Shown here one piece after another: positions 27,082 to 40,700 of a stretch of DNA of 64,000 nt. The translations under genes were made by a program, and so were the position numbers. Source of the DNA: the human T2T-CHM13v2.0 reference genome, Homo sapiens; the NCBI RefSeq assembly GCF_009914755.1, contig NC_060947.1; one strand, 5' to 3'. How positions within the stretch are numbered: the first letter of the stretch is position 1; each line of letters begins with the position of its first letter. The notes beneath the pieces were generated by a model, which ran no database searches, was not told the DNA's origin, and saw only the letters and a list, made by a program, of their open reading frames with translations.

Positions 27082-27892
27082 AACTCAACCCAAATACAAA
27101 CATTTCACACAAGAAGATAACTGAAGGCTGGAGGGATTTTAAAACTTGTTAAAAGCCAAGATTATTAAACGGGTGTCACAACATCTTGCCTAAGTATTTA
27201 ATTCACAGCACATACCCATGCTGGATACTAGGAAACAGATGTTATAAAAAGTGGGAACATTTTCATAAGGTAGAAAGATAAACTATGTAGAAATCACGGC
27301 TGATATTGTTATGTAGTCTTTCCTGATACAGATCTACCAATGGTTCAAAGCAAGAATTATGGTTACAATACCACTAACAAAATTATACCCTTATTTGTTC
27401 ATAATACTGTATTTACCATCTGCTTAATTCAGTTATTTAACACGGATTTGAGAATAAGAAAAATTACAAAAACTAGGAAGTTGGAAGATTCGTATATCCC
27501 ACACACATCTAGTTATTTCTTGGGGGCAGATCTTTCAATCTCCACCAGCTCCAGTGCTGGGGATCTGGCACCTGAGTAGGATTAGCCCCTTTTATTCAAA
27601 ATAAACTGCTAAATTACCCTTCTATTTTCTGGTGAGGTTTCTAATAGCAAATGAATTGTCCAAAGAACTTGTAACTCCCACTAGCAGTAGTAGTAGTACT
27701 AGTACTAGTAGTAGCAGTAGCAGCTGCTGCTCTTAGGGCCTAAATCTAAACACATGAAATCACTTGGACATCTTTTATTTTGTCATCCTTGCTCTTAAGT
27801 GCACAAAGGACACAGAATATAAATGGAGGGGAGGGTGTAAACATGTTAACAGTAATATAGATTCATTTTCAAAAAAGAAATATACTCCTTAC

Positions 27893-27995
27893 CTCCAATT
27901 TTTCAACTGGTGAAAATTCAACTAAGATAATTCGTCCAGTTTGACACAACACAATCCACGGTCAAAAACTTGAAGAAAAGGCTGAAGACAGTGTC
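27893..27995 (-). other. TAB3: Probable TAB3 non-coding 5'UTR exon (103 nt)
   Basis: Acceptor CTTTTATTTTTCAG|GAC, donor GAG|GTAAGG. Non-repetitive, contains no ATG. Confidence 0.8.
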
Positions 27996-29449
27996 CTGAA
28001 AAATAAAAGGCTAATGAGGTAAGATTCAAACTGTGAAAGCTTTAAATACAACAGTATGAGCAAGTGATATAGTGTATGAATAAAAGGTCATGAAAAAGCA
28101 GGCAGCCATTTTACTACATGAAATTTCAGTGAATGAAACTTATGTTTAATTGATACTAAGAGAAAGTTTTCCTGACTGCCTGAGCCAGCCTGCTCCTCTC
28201 TCATCACCTCGAGTGCCTAAGGTAGAGCTTTACAACAGCAGAGGGGACAAATGAAGCTTTCCTGAGATTTTAGCTTCGGAGAAAGCTAGCAAGAGGAGCT
28301 TTAGCTGCATCCCTGGAAAACCATCAGGAGTCCCTGCAGCTTCCCAAGATGTACTAGTCATTAAAATTTAATGAACTTGATTGCAAAACTGTGCTGAGGC
28401 CCTTTTAGGGCCATAGGTCTTTAAAATTTAAAGGACTCCGTGGTGAGTCTGATGTAGTCTCTGGTAAAGTAGAGGAACTTTTTAAAATTCCCATACCCCA
28501 AGTAAGCACCACACCCGCACTGCAAGCCCACAATAATGAAGAGAGTATACAATCTTTTCTTCTGTTTTTTTGTTTGTTTTTCCCTGCCACCCTACCTTTT
28601 CTCAATAGGATTAGAACTGTTCGCTCAGGATTGGAAGACCTTCCCCATGACCCAACCCACAAAAATTACTAATCTAACATTCAGGAATAGCTTTAACTTC
28701 TTCAAGAATCACTTTATCATAAGCCTTAGTAAAATAATAGAGTTATACATTTAACAATTCAATAAATGACTACATATTTCAGGTTAACCAAATAGCTCTT
28801 GTGAATGAGAAAGCAGTTTGTCCATATATAAATATTTCAGCTAATAATAGCAGAAGTGACCAAATTGAACAATCACAATTTTGCAACCTTTAATTACATA
28901 ACTAATTCATGCACCAGTAATCAATGGATGCTAACAGCATTAAGTAAAAGGTTGGGCTTCACAAAGGGATCAAGCTGTCACCACTTGAACCCTCTGATGA
29001 ATCTTCACAACACTTAAGGTGAAATGACCAGATGATATGTGCCTCCAGATGTGATGTAATATGAAGTGACCACAAGCACTCTTGCCCACCCCTCCAAGAA
29101 AATATATTATGAACCTAATTAAGCATATAGATCTAATTTCCGGTCCATATGAAGTAAGAGGATAAAGAAACAAGTTAAACAATATCTCACCAGAATGGCA
29201 TAGTCTGAGGATGAAAAAAAGCAGAGAGGATTGTTATACATTATAAGAGAATTAAGAGACTTAAGGGGTATAACCAAATACAATGAGTAGATCCTGTTGC
29301 AAACAAACCAACTATCAAAAAACGAATTTTTTTTAGACAATTAGGGAAATTTAAGGATGGACTAAGTACAGGTGACCCTTGAACAGCACAGGTTTGAATT
29401 ATGTGGGTCTACTTATATGTGGATTTTTTTCAATAAAATAAAAAGTTAC

Positions 29450-29838
<389 letters not shown>

Positions 29839-30085
29839 TCAGCCTCTTCAACATGAAGATGACAACGATGAAGACCTTTATGATGATCTACTTCCACTTA
29901 ATGAGTAGTAAATATATTTTTCTATGATTTTAACATTTTCTTTTCTCTAGCTTACTTTATTGTAAGAATACAGTAATATATGTAACATACAAAATATGTG
30001 TTAATTGTTTATATTACTGATAAGGCTTCTGTTCAACAGTAGGCTATTACTAGTTAAGTTCTGGGGGAGTCAAAAGTGGCACATT

Positions 30086-30395
30086 GGCTGGGCACAGTAG
30101 CTCACGCCTGTAATCCTAGTACTTTGGGAAGGCAAGGCGGGAGGATCCCTTGATCCCAGGAGTTCAAGACTGGCCTGGGCAACATGAGGAGACCCTATCT
30201 CCACAAAACAATATAAAAAAGTAGGTGTGGTGGTGCATGCTCATGGTCCCAGCTACTCAGGAAGCTGAGGTGGAAGGATCACTTGAGCCCAGGGGATTGA
30301 GGCTGCAGTGAACCATGATCATGCCACTGCACTCTAGCCTGGGGGACAGAGTGAGACCCTGTCTCAAAACAACAATAACAACAACAACAACAAAA
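30086..30395 (+). mobile_element. Alu (AluJ-like) with (CAA)n tail
   Basis: Diverged full dimer inside the Tigger2 element. Confidence 0.9.
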
Positions 30396-32712
30396 GTTCA
30401 GGTGGATTTTTGACTCTGCAGGCAGTCAGCACTCCTAACTTCGGCTTTGTTCATGGGTCAACTGTATTATATGTGCTATTAAGAACTGTATTGTATGTGC
30501 TGTATAAGATAATAACATTGTAGCTATGTAAGAAAATGTGTTGTTTTAGAGATGTTAAATTATTGGGGAGTGAAATTATGTCTTGGCTATGCCTTAATTC
30601 TTGGAAAAAAGAGGAGTAAGGAGATGAAACTAGTATGGTAAAACGTATGTAACTGTAGCATCAGAGGTTCATTGGACCTTTCATTTGTGTACATTTAGAA
30701 ATGTTCAAATAAAACGTTCAAATGTCAAGTACCTACAAATAAACAAGGGTATTTGACATTCACAGGCCTAACGTAAAATAATTGTTCAAGGCTATCATTA
30801 CAAGTGAGTAGCAAGGATGTTGCTGGATGCTGAAAACAATGATTTGAAAATGAGATATGAGGGCGGTTCAGAAGCAGAATCACTAGAAGTATAGGAGCAT
30901 TGACTCTATTGCTGGAAAAGAAGTACAAGGCAGATAAGCTTTTTGCCCTTCTTAAGATTCAGAAGGATAAGGCAAACAAGACTGGCTAGGATTTCATCAA
31001 GAGTGACTGGAGAAGCAACAAAGGAAGCCCTGAGTGCCAAGAAAGACGGTAAATGAACTGGAAAGCAAAGACGCATCTCTTTTAGAACTGGAAAAATTGA
31101 GACATGTCTAAAAAGAGAGAAAGGGACTGTATGTGTAGGGATGAGAAAGGACTAGTGACACAGCAAGCTTTCTAACAGGGCAGAGAGGTTGGCAAATTCC
31201 AGAGCTGGTGGTACCATGTTCTAGAAATGGGGTGGGAGGCGGTGAGGATGAGATATGAAGGAGTAATCTCCCAATTGTCTCAATCTTCAGGACATGAGTC
31301 ATGGGGTCAGGATATTATATGACTTACAGAAAGAAGAAAGCATAATATGATAAAACTGGGAAGTCAGTGAGCATATGCAGGCAAGAGTTACCTGGCCATT
31401 ATAGCTGAAACACAATGCTGTAATATTAACAGACAAAGAACATATGCCATTCACCAGGTGTGGGACGACAGACGAGTTACTTAACCTCTTAGGCCCAGTT
31501 TCCTAATCCTTTGCTTAATATCACACCTATCATATACTTACCTCACAAGGCTGCTGTGGGTTATTAATTTACATAGAAGGAAAAAAGTTTGTAAAGCACA
31601 ATGTTCATTGATTAGGTTGTTTGAGGGTTCTCATATGGCAGAAATCTAGGAATCTCAGCAGAACTGCCTTTTTTTTTTTTCCTATTTCACAAGGGCAGAT
31701 ATATATTATACCTACATATAAGTATGCTAAGACAGAAGATGTGATTGCAAAAGTGTAACTAGGAAAGTATTCTCTTCCATGAGAGGAAAAAATTTTAGTT
31801 GATATTATGCATCCTAATTTCAATAGCAATTAAGAGGGATTTCATCTTTTGAGTCATTCCAGACGTAGCTGAAATTTAAATAAACCTGTCCATTGTCAAG
31901 GTCTAGCAATTGACCAAGGTTGAAGAGACTTAAAATATTGCTGAGTGTTCAGGAAACAATTTACTTATATTTACGCACATACAATGTAACCTTTCAATTA
32001 AAAATGTATATAATTATACAAGTGAGTACAGCTATATAAAACAAAGCTTAAACAGAACTAGGGCTGAGTCTGAAGTCTTAGAGAAAATGACAGTCTTTGC
32101 CACTTCTAAGAAAATCCTGCCCATAAAGAGCGAACAAAGCACCTCCCTATCTGAAGGCAAGGAATAGGGTTGGTCAAAATATAAGAAATGCCTTTCTTAA
32201 AAGTGTCAAAGAGCCAAAACAGAAGGACAAAAGGGAAAATCCTCTTCACCCACTTTCGGGTTGGGACCCTGAAGGGCTGCAACTTAGAAATAAGGGTGAA
32301 TCGCAATGAATCAGTTCACACACTGAATGCGATGTGGCCTTGAGTCATCTGGTTGGCCCAGGAAGGTCTCTAAAGCTGAGATTTGATTAAGCAACTCTGG
32401 ATTTTCTGGATTCCCTTAAGCAGATGTACACACACACACATACACTCCTTTCTGAAAAACTATCATCCTTGGTTTCAAATGATTTTTCAAATAATTTTTC
32501 AAATACAATGCCCAGCATGCAATTAAAGACAATCAGGCACACGAGGAAACATAATAAGATGACCAGAAGAGACTCAGAAGGACTCCAAGTATTGGAATTA
32601 TCAGACATGGATTTTAAATTATGCTTGCTATGTTCAAGGAGATGAAAGCCAAACTTAAAAATCTCAGCAATGACCTAGAAATCATAAAATGTGACACAGC
32701 AGAATTTGGGTG

Positions 32713-32917
32713 TTTTTGAGACCGGGTCTCGCTCTGTCACCCAGGCTGGAATGCGGTGGCGTGATCACGGCTCACTGCAGCCTTGACCTCTGGGGCTCAG
32801 GTGATCTTCCCACCTCAGTCTCCTGAGTAGCTGAGACTATAGGCATGCACCAGCATGCCCAGCTAATTTCTGTATTTTTTTTTTGTAGAGATGGGGTTTT
32901 GCCATGTTGTCCGGGCT
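32713..32917 (-). mobile_element. 5'-truncated AluJ-like
   Basis: Right arm plus part of left arm. TSD acacagcaga at 32694-32703 and 32918-32927. Confidence 0.88.
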
Positions 32918-34402
32918 ACACAGCAGATTTTTAAAAGAAGCAAAGAATAATTTTATTACTGAGAAATGCAAAAACCGAAACTAAGAATTCAATAAACAGG
33001 TCTAACAGCCAATAGACACCGTTGAGACAGTGAACCAAAAGATAGGTCGGGGGAAAATAAAACGCTCAGAATGAAGAGAGGGTAAGAAACATGGAAGATA
33101 CAGTGAGAAAGGTCTAATATCCAAGAGTTAATCAGAATCCCAGAAGGAAAAGAGACAGAATGGGGCAGAGGCAATATTTGAATAAATGTTCCAAAAATGA
33201 TGAAACCTGTCAAACCACATGTGTAACAATCTCAATGAATTCCTACCAGACAAAGGAAAGTTTTAAAGCATCCTGATGGAGGGGCAGCAGGGGCAGAGGT
33301 GGGGAGATTACTTTCAAAGAAGCAACAGTTAGATTGATAGCTTAATTTTCAACAACAAAAATGGCAGCTAAAAGACTGTGTATCTCCAAGAAGCATGAAG
33401 AAAACAACTGCCAACCTAGTATTCCACTGAGGAGAAAATATCCTTCAAGAAAAAAATTAAAATACAGGCTCAGACAAATAAAAACAGAGTTCATCTCCAG
33501 CAAACCCTCACTAAGAATGAAGCAAAAGAAAACTGCCTCAAGATGGAAGGTCACAGATAGAGAAAGGAATGAAGACCCATGAAGTTCAAATAAGCACGTG
33601 AAATCTAAAGGAATATTGACTGTATAAAATAATGTCTTGTAAGGTTTAAAATACATACAGAAAATTAAATTACAGGACAACAATATGTATGTCACAAGGT
33701 AGGTAAATGGAACTAAGGTGCTTTAATATTCTTGCTTCAACTAGGAGGAAGGTAGAAGTATCAATTAACACTAGACTTTGATAAGTGAAGAATACATGCT
33801 ATAAATGCTAGGGTAATCACAAAAAGAATAAAAATGAATAAGTGATGTCTGAAGTAATAAAGGAAAAATGATATAAAAATAGTCAAATAAAAGAAAAAGA
33901 CAAGGGGAAAAAGAAATACAGAGCTAGTAGAATAAAAATGCAATGCTGTACTTAACCCCAAAATGTCAATAATTATATTAAGTATAAATGAATCAAATGT
34001 TTCAAAAAAGAATGATTATCAGATTGGGTTAAAAAAAATCTACAACTATATGTTGCTTTCAAGAGCCCCATCTAAAACATAAGAATACAGAAAGGTTAAA
34101 AGTAAAAGGATAAACACATATCATGCAAACATTAGCTAAAATAAAGATGGTATTGCTCTATTAAAGATGGTATTGCTGTATTAATTTCAGACAAAATAGA
34201 ATCAAAGAAAAAGGATCACTAGAGTTAAAAAGAGTCCCTTCATAGTCATAAAATGCTTAATTCACCAGAACAATATAACGAACTAAATTTGTATGCAGTT
34301 GATAACATGGACTCAAATTATATATAAAGCAAAGGTTGACAAAACTTCTAGGAGAATGAGACATGCATTAGTATCTCAGGGGCAAATATTAAGACACCTC
34401 TT

Positions 34403-34729
34403 GGCTGGGTGTGGTGGCTCATGCCTGTAATCCCAGCACTTTGGGAGGCCGAGGCAGGTGAATCACTTGAGGTCAGGAGTTCGAGACCAGTCTGGTCAAC
34501 ATGGTGAAACCCCGTCTCTACTAAAAATACAAAAATTACAAAAATTAGCCAGGTGTGGTGGCACGTGCCTGTAGCCCCAGTTACATGGGAGGCTGAGGCA
34601 GGAGAATTGCTTGAATCTGGGAGGCAGGGGTTGCAATGAGCTGAGATCGCACCACTGCACACTCCAGCCTGGGCAACAGGGCAAGACTCCATCTCAAAAA
34701 AAAAAAAAAAAAAGAAAGAAAGAAAGAAA
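34403..34729 (+). mobile_element. Alu (AluSx-like) inserted in L1
   Basis: Full dimer with duplicated linker tacaaaaat. TSD aagacacctct/aagatatctct. Confidence 0.95.
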
Positions 34730-37700
34730 GATATCTCTCTCAGTAGTTAAAAGAATAAGCAGACCAAAAAAGTTGGTAGGGACAGAGATACGATACAATT
34801 ACCAAACTTGATCAATGGACATATATAGAATGCTGTGTCCAGTAACTGCAGAATATATGCTTTTCAAGTGCTTACATATTTGCAAAAACTGACCACATGC
34901 TAAGCCATAAAGTAAGTCTCAGGGCATTTTAAAAGATTGAAATCACTCAAAGTTCTCTAAGGAAAATGTGTTAAAGCCAGAAACAAAATACAAAAAATAC
35001 ACAGTTAGAAAATTCTCATATTACTGGAAATTAAGAAATATACTTTTAAAAAACCCATGGATCAAAAAAGAAATTACAGTGGGAATTTTAAAATATTGTG
35101 AAATAATGAAAATATTACATCTCAAAAATGATGGGATGCAGGTAAAGCAATACTTGAAAATGAAATGTATAGCTTTAAATATGTATGTCAGGAAGGAAAC
35201 AAGGGTATAAACACCTACCTACCCATCTCAAGAAGTTAGAAAGAAAAAGAGCAAAATAATTCCTAAAAAGGTATATAAAATATACTGAATATAAAAGCAG
35301 ATATTAACAAAATAGAAACACTTGAAGAATACTATTAGTATTTTTAAAACTGCATCTGTAATTAAAAGCTTTCCCACAAAGAAAATTCTAGGCCTAAATG
35401 GCTTCACTGCTAAAATCTATCATGCATTTAAAGAAAAAATAAAACCAAACTTAACCTAAACTCTTCCAGAGAATCAAAAAGCAGGTATCTTCCTTAGCTC
35501 ATTTTACAAGGCTACTAAAGCCTGACAAGGACAGTACAAGAAAAACAAAATTTCAGGCCAATCCCACTCACGAACAAAGATCTAAAATTCCAAAGTAAAA
35601 TTAGAGGAAAATGTGATGTTGACCATGCTAGGTTTATTTCTGGAATGCAGTTTATTTAGCATTAGGAAATCAATCAATATAATTTGACTTGAGGAATATC
35701 CTATGGTTATATTAACAATAGGAAAAACATTTGATAAAATCCAGTATCTATTCATGATGTAAGCTCCTAATAAACTAAGGACAGAATGAAACTTCCTTAA
35801 TCTGATGATAGCTAGAAAAAAATTAAAGTAAACATCATATTTAATGGAGAAATGTTCAAAGTTTTCCTTTCAAGAAAGGAAAAAAGACAATAGCGCCACT
35901 ATTACTACTTCTATTCTGCATTATAATCGAAATACTAGCCAGTACAGTAAGATAAGAAACAAAAGTATAACATTTCGAAAGGAAGAAACAAGACTTTATT
36001 TGCAGATAAGAAGACTGAATACATAGTAAAAGATCAAATACATACTCTAAAGATATATGACTAAAAGTTGAGCAAAATTATTAGATACAAGGTCAATATA
36101 AAGATATAAACAAACAAAATAATGGCTATAAACATTTACAATATCAAAAAATATCAAATATCTACAAATAAAACTCTCAAAAGTTGTGAACAATCTTCCG
36201 GAGAAAATCACAACCATTACTGAAAGAAATTAAAGACCTAAATAAATGGCGTAGTGTATCATGTTCATGAATTAGAAAATGATAAAGATGTCAATTCTTC
36301 CCAAATTGCTCTCTAGATGCCATGCAGTTCCAATCAGAGTAGCAACAGGTTTTGTGGGTGTGTGTGGAAAATGACAAGATGATATTAAAATCAAAGAAAT
36401 GTGCAAAGGGCCAAGAATAGCGAAGATGCTTTCGAAGGACAATGTGGAAGAACTTGTTCTACTAGATATCAAGTTTTATGATAAAACTATAATAAACAAG
36501 ACAATGTGGCATCAGTACAAGTAGAGACAAACAGACCAAAGGAACAGAACAGAAAGCACAGAAACAGAACCACAGATATATGGACACTTGATTCCTGACA
36601 ATAGCAGGGAAATGGTGTGCTGGGAAAATTAGCTATCCATATAGGAAAAGACGGTATTATCCCCTACCTCACACAAAATACAAAAATCAATTTCAGGTAT
36701 ATGCTAGATCTATATGTGAAAGCCAAAACAACAAAGCTTCTAGAAGATGAGAGAATACCTTGGAGGTAATCTTATGAGAATACCATGAAATAGAAAAAGC
36801 ATGCCACACAGTGGGAGAAGATATTTACAACCAGCAAGGGCTCATTTCCAGCATATAGTAAAAAACTCCTACAAATCGGCAAGTCAAAAAGACAAAGAAG
36901 TACATGACACATTTTTGAAGAAATTCCTCCCAAAATAGTCATGAAAGCACAAACCTGTTACCTGGAAGATTTAGTTAAAAATATTAACATTCTCCCCGAG
37001 ATTTAGAGAATATCAAGTTTTAACTACATATTAACATTTAAAAAAATTTAACTGCTCATATTTCAATAAACCAGTTCTCCCATTCCTTATCCAATCTAAA
37101 CTGTAAAATAATTACTCCTGAAAAGTCCTGCTGAAGAAATCTTTGCCTACTCCAAGGTCACAAAGACATTCTCCACAAACTGAGATCTACGTACATATCC
37201 CTCAACAATAATATATAATGATCTATTCATACAGTGGAATAGTATACAGTAATGAGAATGAACAGTCTACAACTACATACGATATAAATACATCTCAAAT
37301 TCACGATGTTGCATAAAAGAAGTCAGAGACAAAAGAGTCCATTTAGATAAAGTACAAAAGTAGGCAAAATTAATCTGTGGTGTTAGAAGTTAGGACAATA
37401 TGCAGGGATGGGGGTGGAGGGGGGTAAGGTAGTAAGAATTTCTTGATCTGGGTGCTAGTACACAAGTGTGCTCAGTTGGTGAAAATTCACTGAGTTGTTC
37501 ACTACCGTACTTTCTGTGTACTTTCTGCATATTAAACTTCAGTAAGAGGTTTTTTGTTTTTTTTTTAAGTGTAAAGGAGTACATTTTTCAAAATTGTTTA
37601 GGGAATATGAGAAAAAAGTTTGAAGGTCATTGCTTCAGGGTAAAGCACAAAAATCAGATAACAAAATTTTAAAAAGCAATATACTAATTACCAAAAATAT

Positions 37701-40700
37701 ACAAGAGGTGTCAAACCAACTAGTGACTCTCAAACTTACAGTAATATTGGTTTGAAACTATTTGAACCCAATTGATAAACTGACTTATATCTAGACTTAG
37801 TGACTAGTGTTGATTCATAAAGATTTCAGATAAGCAACTTGATCTTGTAGGTTTTTGTTAAACAAGAGGGTTTTTACATCTTAGAAGTTAACTAACAACT
37901 AGATTTACACATCTAGTCAAACTCCCTAATTTTACAAATGAAGAAACCGAGGTCTTTTGAAGTTGGGTGATTTCTTCAAGGTCATAAGAAGCTCTGAATA
38001 TGTCTAAACAATTCAAGTTATTTAATTAAGTTCACCTCCTCCCAATTTTCTGTAACTTCTAGGGGATTTCCACCTACCAAGAGAGTTTGTTTACTGGCAG
38101 TGTCTCTCAATACACACTACAGTCAACTGAAACATTTTTATCCAAACAACTCAAAATTAATTTCTTTGCCATCCATGACTAATAGCCAAATGCTATTTCT
38201 GTGGCATAAAAGATAAGACTTTCTAAAAGTAAAGTTCATGATGTGCAGCCTAACAGATAACTTGCTGTTTACACTAAATGATGACTTTGACATCAAACTG
38301 AAGGCATGTGTGAAAAGTTAGAGTAACAATGGCACCTGTTACATATGGTATCCCTGAAAAAAACAAAAAGACTGGATTGTTGCCACAAATCGAAACCAAG
38401 GATTTTCTAAAAGCGCATATAAACAAATGTTCTAAATTACTGAAATTATACTAACTTAATTTATTAAATCAATCATAACTATGATGAGTACTAAAAAATT
38501 AAATTCTCCAATTCATTTCAATTAGCTTCTATATCCAAGAAGTATGCTTAACACTTTTTTAATAGGAAGAATGACTTGTCATTTTGAAATCAAATCCATC
38601 AAAAGTGAATAGTGCATAAAATAACTCATTTAGTCCCATGAAAACACAGTTTTAAATTATAAAAATGCTTTAGCCTACACTCCATCACCATAGTGTTCTT
38701 TCCACAGTAATAGGACTCTCTCCTTTTATTTCAACCTATAAAGTTCAGTGCCAAGATAAATCCCTGGACTTGCCATCCCTAGAGGAAACACCTAGCCTTC
38801 GAGTATGTGCAGAAAACTTAAAACTAAAACAGAAAATGGCTTTACAACCACAGAAATCTATTCACTAAAGAACTGGAGGGCTCCATGATATAAAAACAAA
38901 TAATTAAAAATGACTTAACAACTCAGTGCAACATGGTATCCTGGAACAGCAAAAGGACATTAGTGAGATTCTGGTAAAATCGAGTAAAATCTACAGTCTC
39001 ACTAACAATAATGTACCAATGTTAATGTCTTCGTTTAGACAAAGGTACCAGGGTTATATATACTTGGATGAAGAGTATATAGGAATTCTGTACAATCTTT
39101 GCAACTTCATTGTAAGTCTAAAATTATTCCAAAATAAAAAGCTTATTTAAAAAGAAATGACTTAGCAAAAACTACTAAAAGTTGAGAAATTTGCACCTCA
39201 ATTCTGACTCAATTAAATGCCCATAGTCAATATCTTTCTTCAAATGATGATCTCCATCAACACAAGGCCTAAATGGGGAAATGGAGTGGGTTCACAGAAG
39301 AATGCTATTTCTCCAACATTAAAAAATAAAATAAACCCCCCTAAACCCCTTAAAAAATACTTCAGGCAGGAATGAAGAGTCTGAAACCATTCCTCAGTAG
39401 AAAGGAAAGAGAAGAATCCTATTTAGTGCAAAAGATGTGGGCAGTGGACAGCCAAGCAGACAAAAGTATTCTAGAGATCCTAGACCAGTCAAGCTGAATA
39501 ATTAAAAAATACATAACACTTCTTATGCACTCACTCATGGGTCAGATGCTATTTTAAGCACTACACACGTATTAACACATTAATCCTCTCAAGAACCCCA
39601 TAAGGGAGGCACTACTTTTACCTACATTTTACAGATGGGAAGTTCTGTAAGTAATAGAACAGAGATTTGAAGATAAGCACTCTGAGTGGACAGTCCATGC
39701 GCTTAACCACTATACTATACAGCCTTTTAAGGAGCCAAGCCAGAAAAAAGCTACTGCCTTCTAGAGACCAGTCTCCACTACTTACCCTCGGCCTCTACCA
39801 GAGGAGAGAGTTCTCTTCCCAAGGCTTGACGGTCCTTGCTAGGACTGCAAAGGAAGATAGCCCTACTGCCATATCTGCAAGATTGTGTTCATAATCTTTC
39901 AGTACTTGATGTACTCAGTGCATGTTCCTGCTGAGACACTGTTACACATAAAAGTTAGTTTTTATAATACTATCAGTATTCAAATTCAGATATGTTGGGC
40001 TGGCTTGGGAATCTGAACACTATTATGTGACATTTTTCTGTGGGAAAATGGTGCTGCTTAAAAAAAAGTCTTACCAATGGATCATTTAGAAATTGAGGCT
40101 CCCCCTGCACAGACTCTAGCCTTTAGATACCAAGATAACTGTATTTTAATAAAGACGTTGCAATTACTCAAATAATCTAGTTTTGCTCAAACATCAAAAA
40201 GGCATAGTTCTTTATACCTAACAAAAGGAATGGTGTTACTGAAAAAAATAAGCTTAATATTCTATGAATTTCCTGCACTATGGCCAATTGTGGATATATC
40301 CAGCAGTTAACATACTGCTCTCTCCCTGAACCTCTCAAATAAACTCTGCATTAAAAAATTGCTACCAGGTAAACAAATATATCTTTCATGCCCACACCCC
40401 AGAACAGAAGGCGTATCATCTTCGAAAGTAGCTAAAGTAATAACAATAATAGTAGTAATGATGACGACAACGTAATAATAAGAACTAACTCTTTTTGAGT
40501 ATTCACCATTGCTAGGCATGTTTTAAATATGATACATCCTCTGGCTCATTTAATCCTTGTATGAGGTAGGTACCACATTATCCCTTCAAAAATGAGGGAA
40601 CAGGTCAGAGATTAAGTAATTTGCCCACGAACACAGAGCTAGTTAGTGTCAGATCTGAACATCTGGGCATTTTACCCCGAGATCATATTTTTAACCTCTG

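Larger units (their letters stand above)
32400..37560 (+). mobile_element. Long degenerate L1 (L1M-type; ORF1/ORF2 remnants and 3' end), antisense to TAB3
   Basis: A-rich + strand with L1 ORF2 relics (e.g. 'aagatgtcaattcttcccaaatt', 'ggccaatcccactcacgaac') and an L1 3' end near 37.2-37.55 kb. No intact ORF. Confidence 0.85.

Noticed and set aside
34142-34183. 20-bp tandem duplication taaagatggtattgct(c/g)tat
   Set aside because: Ordinary slippage within a dead L1.
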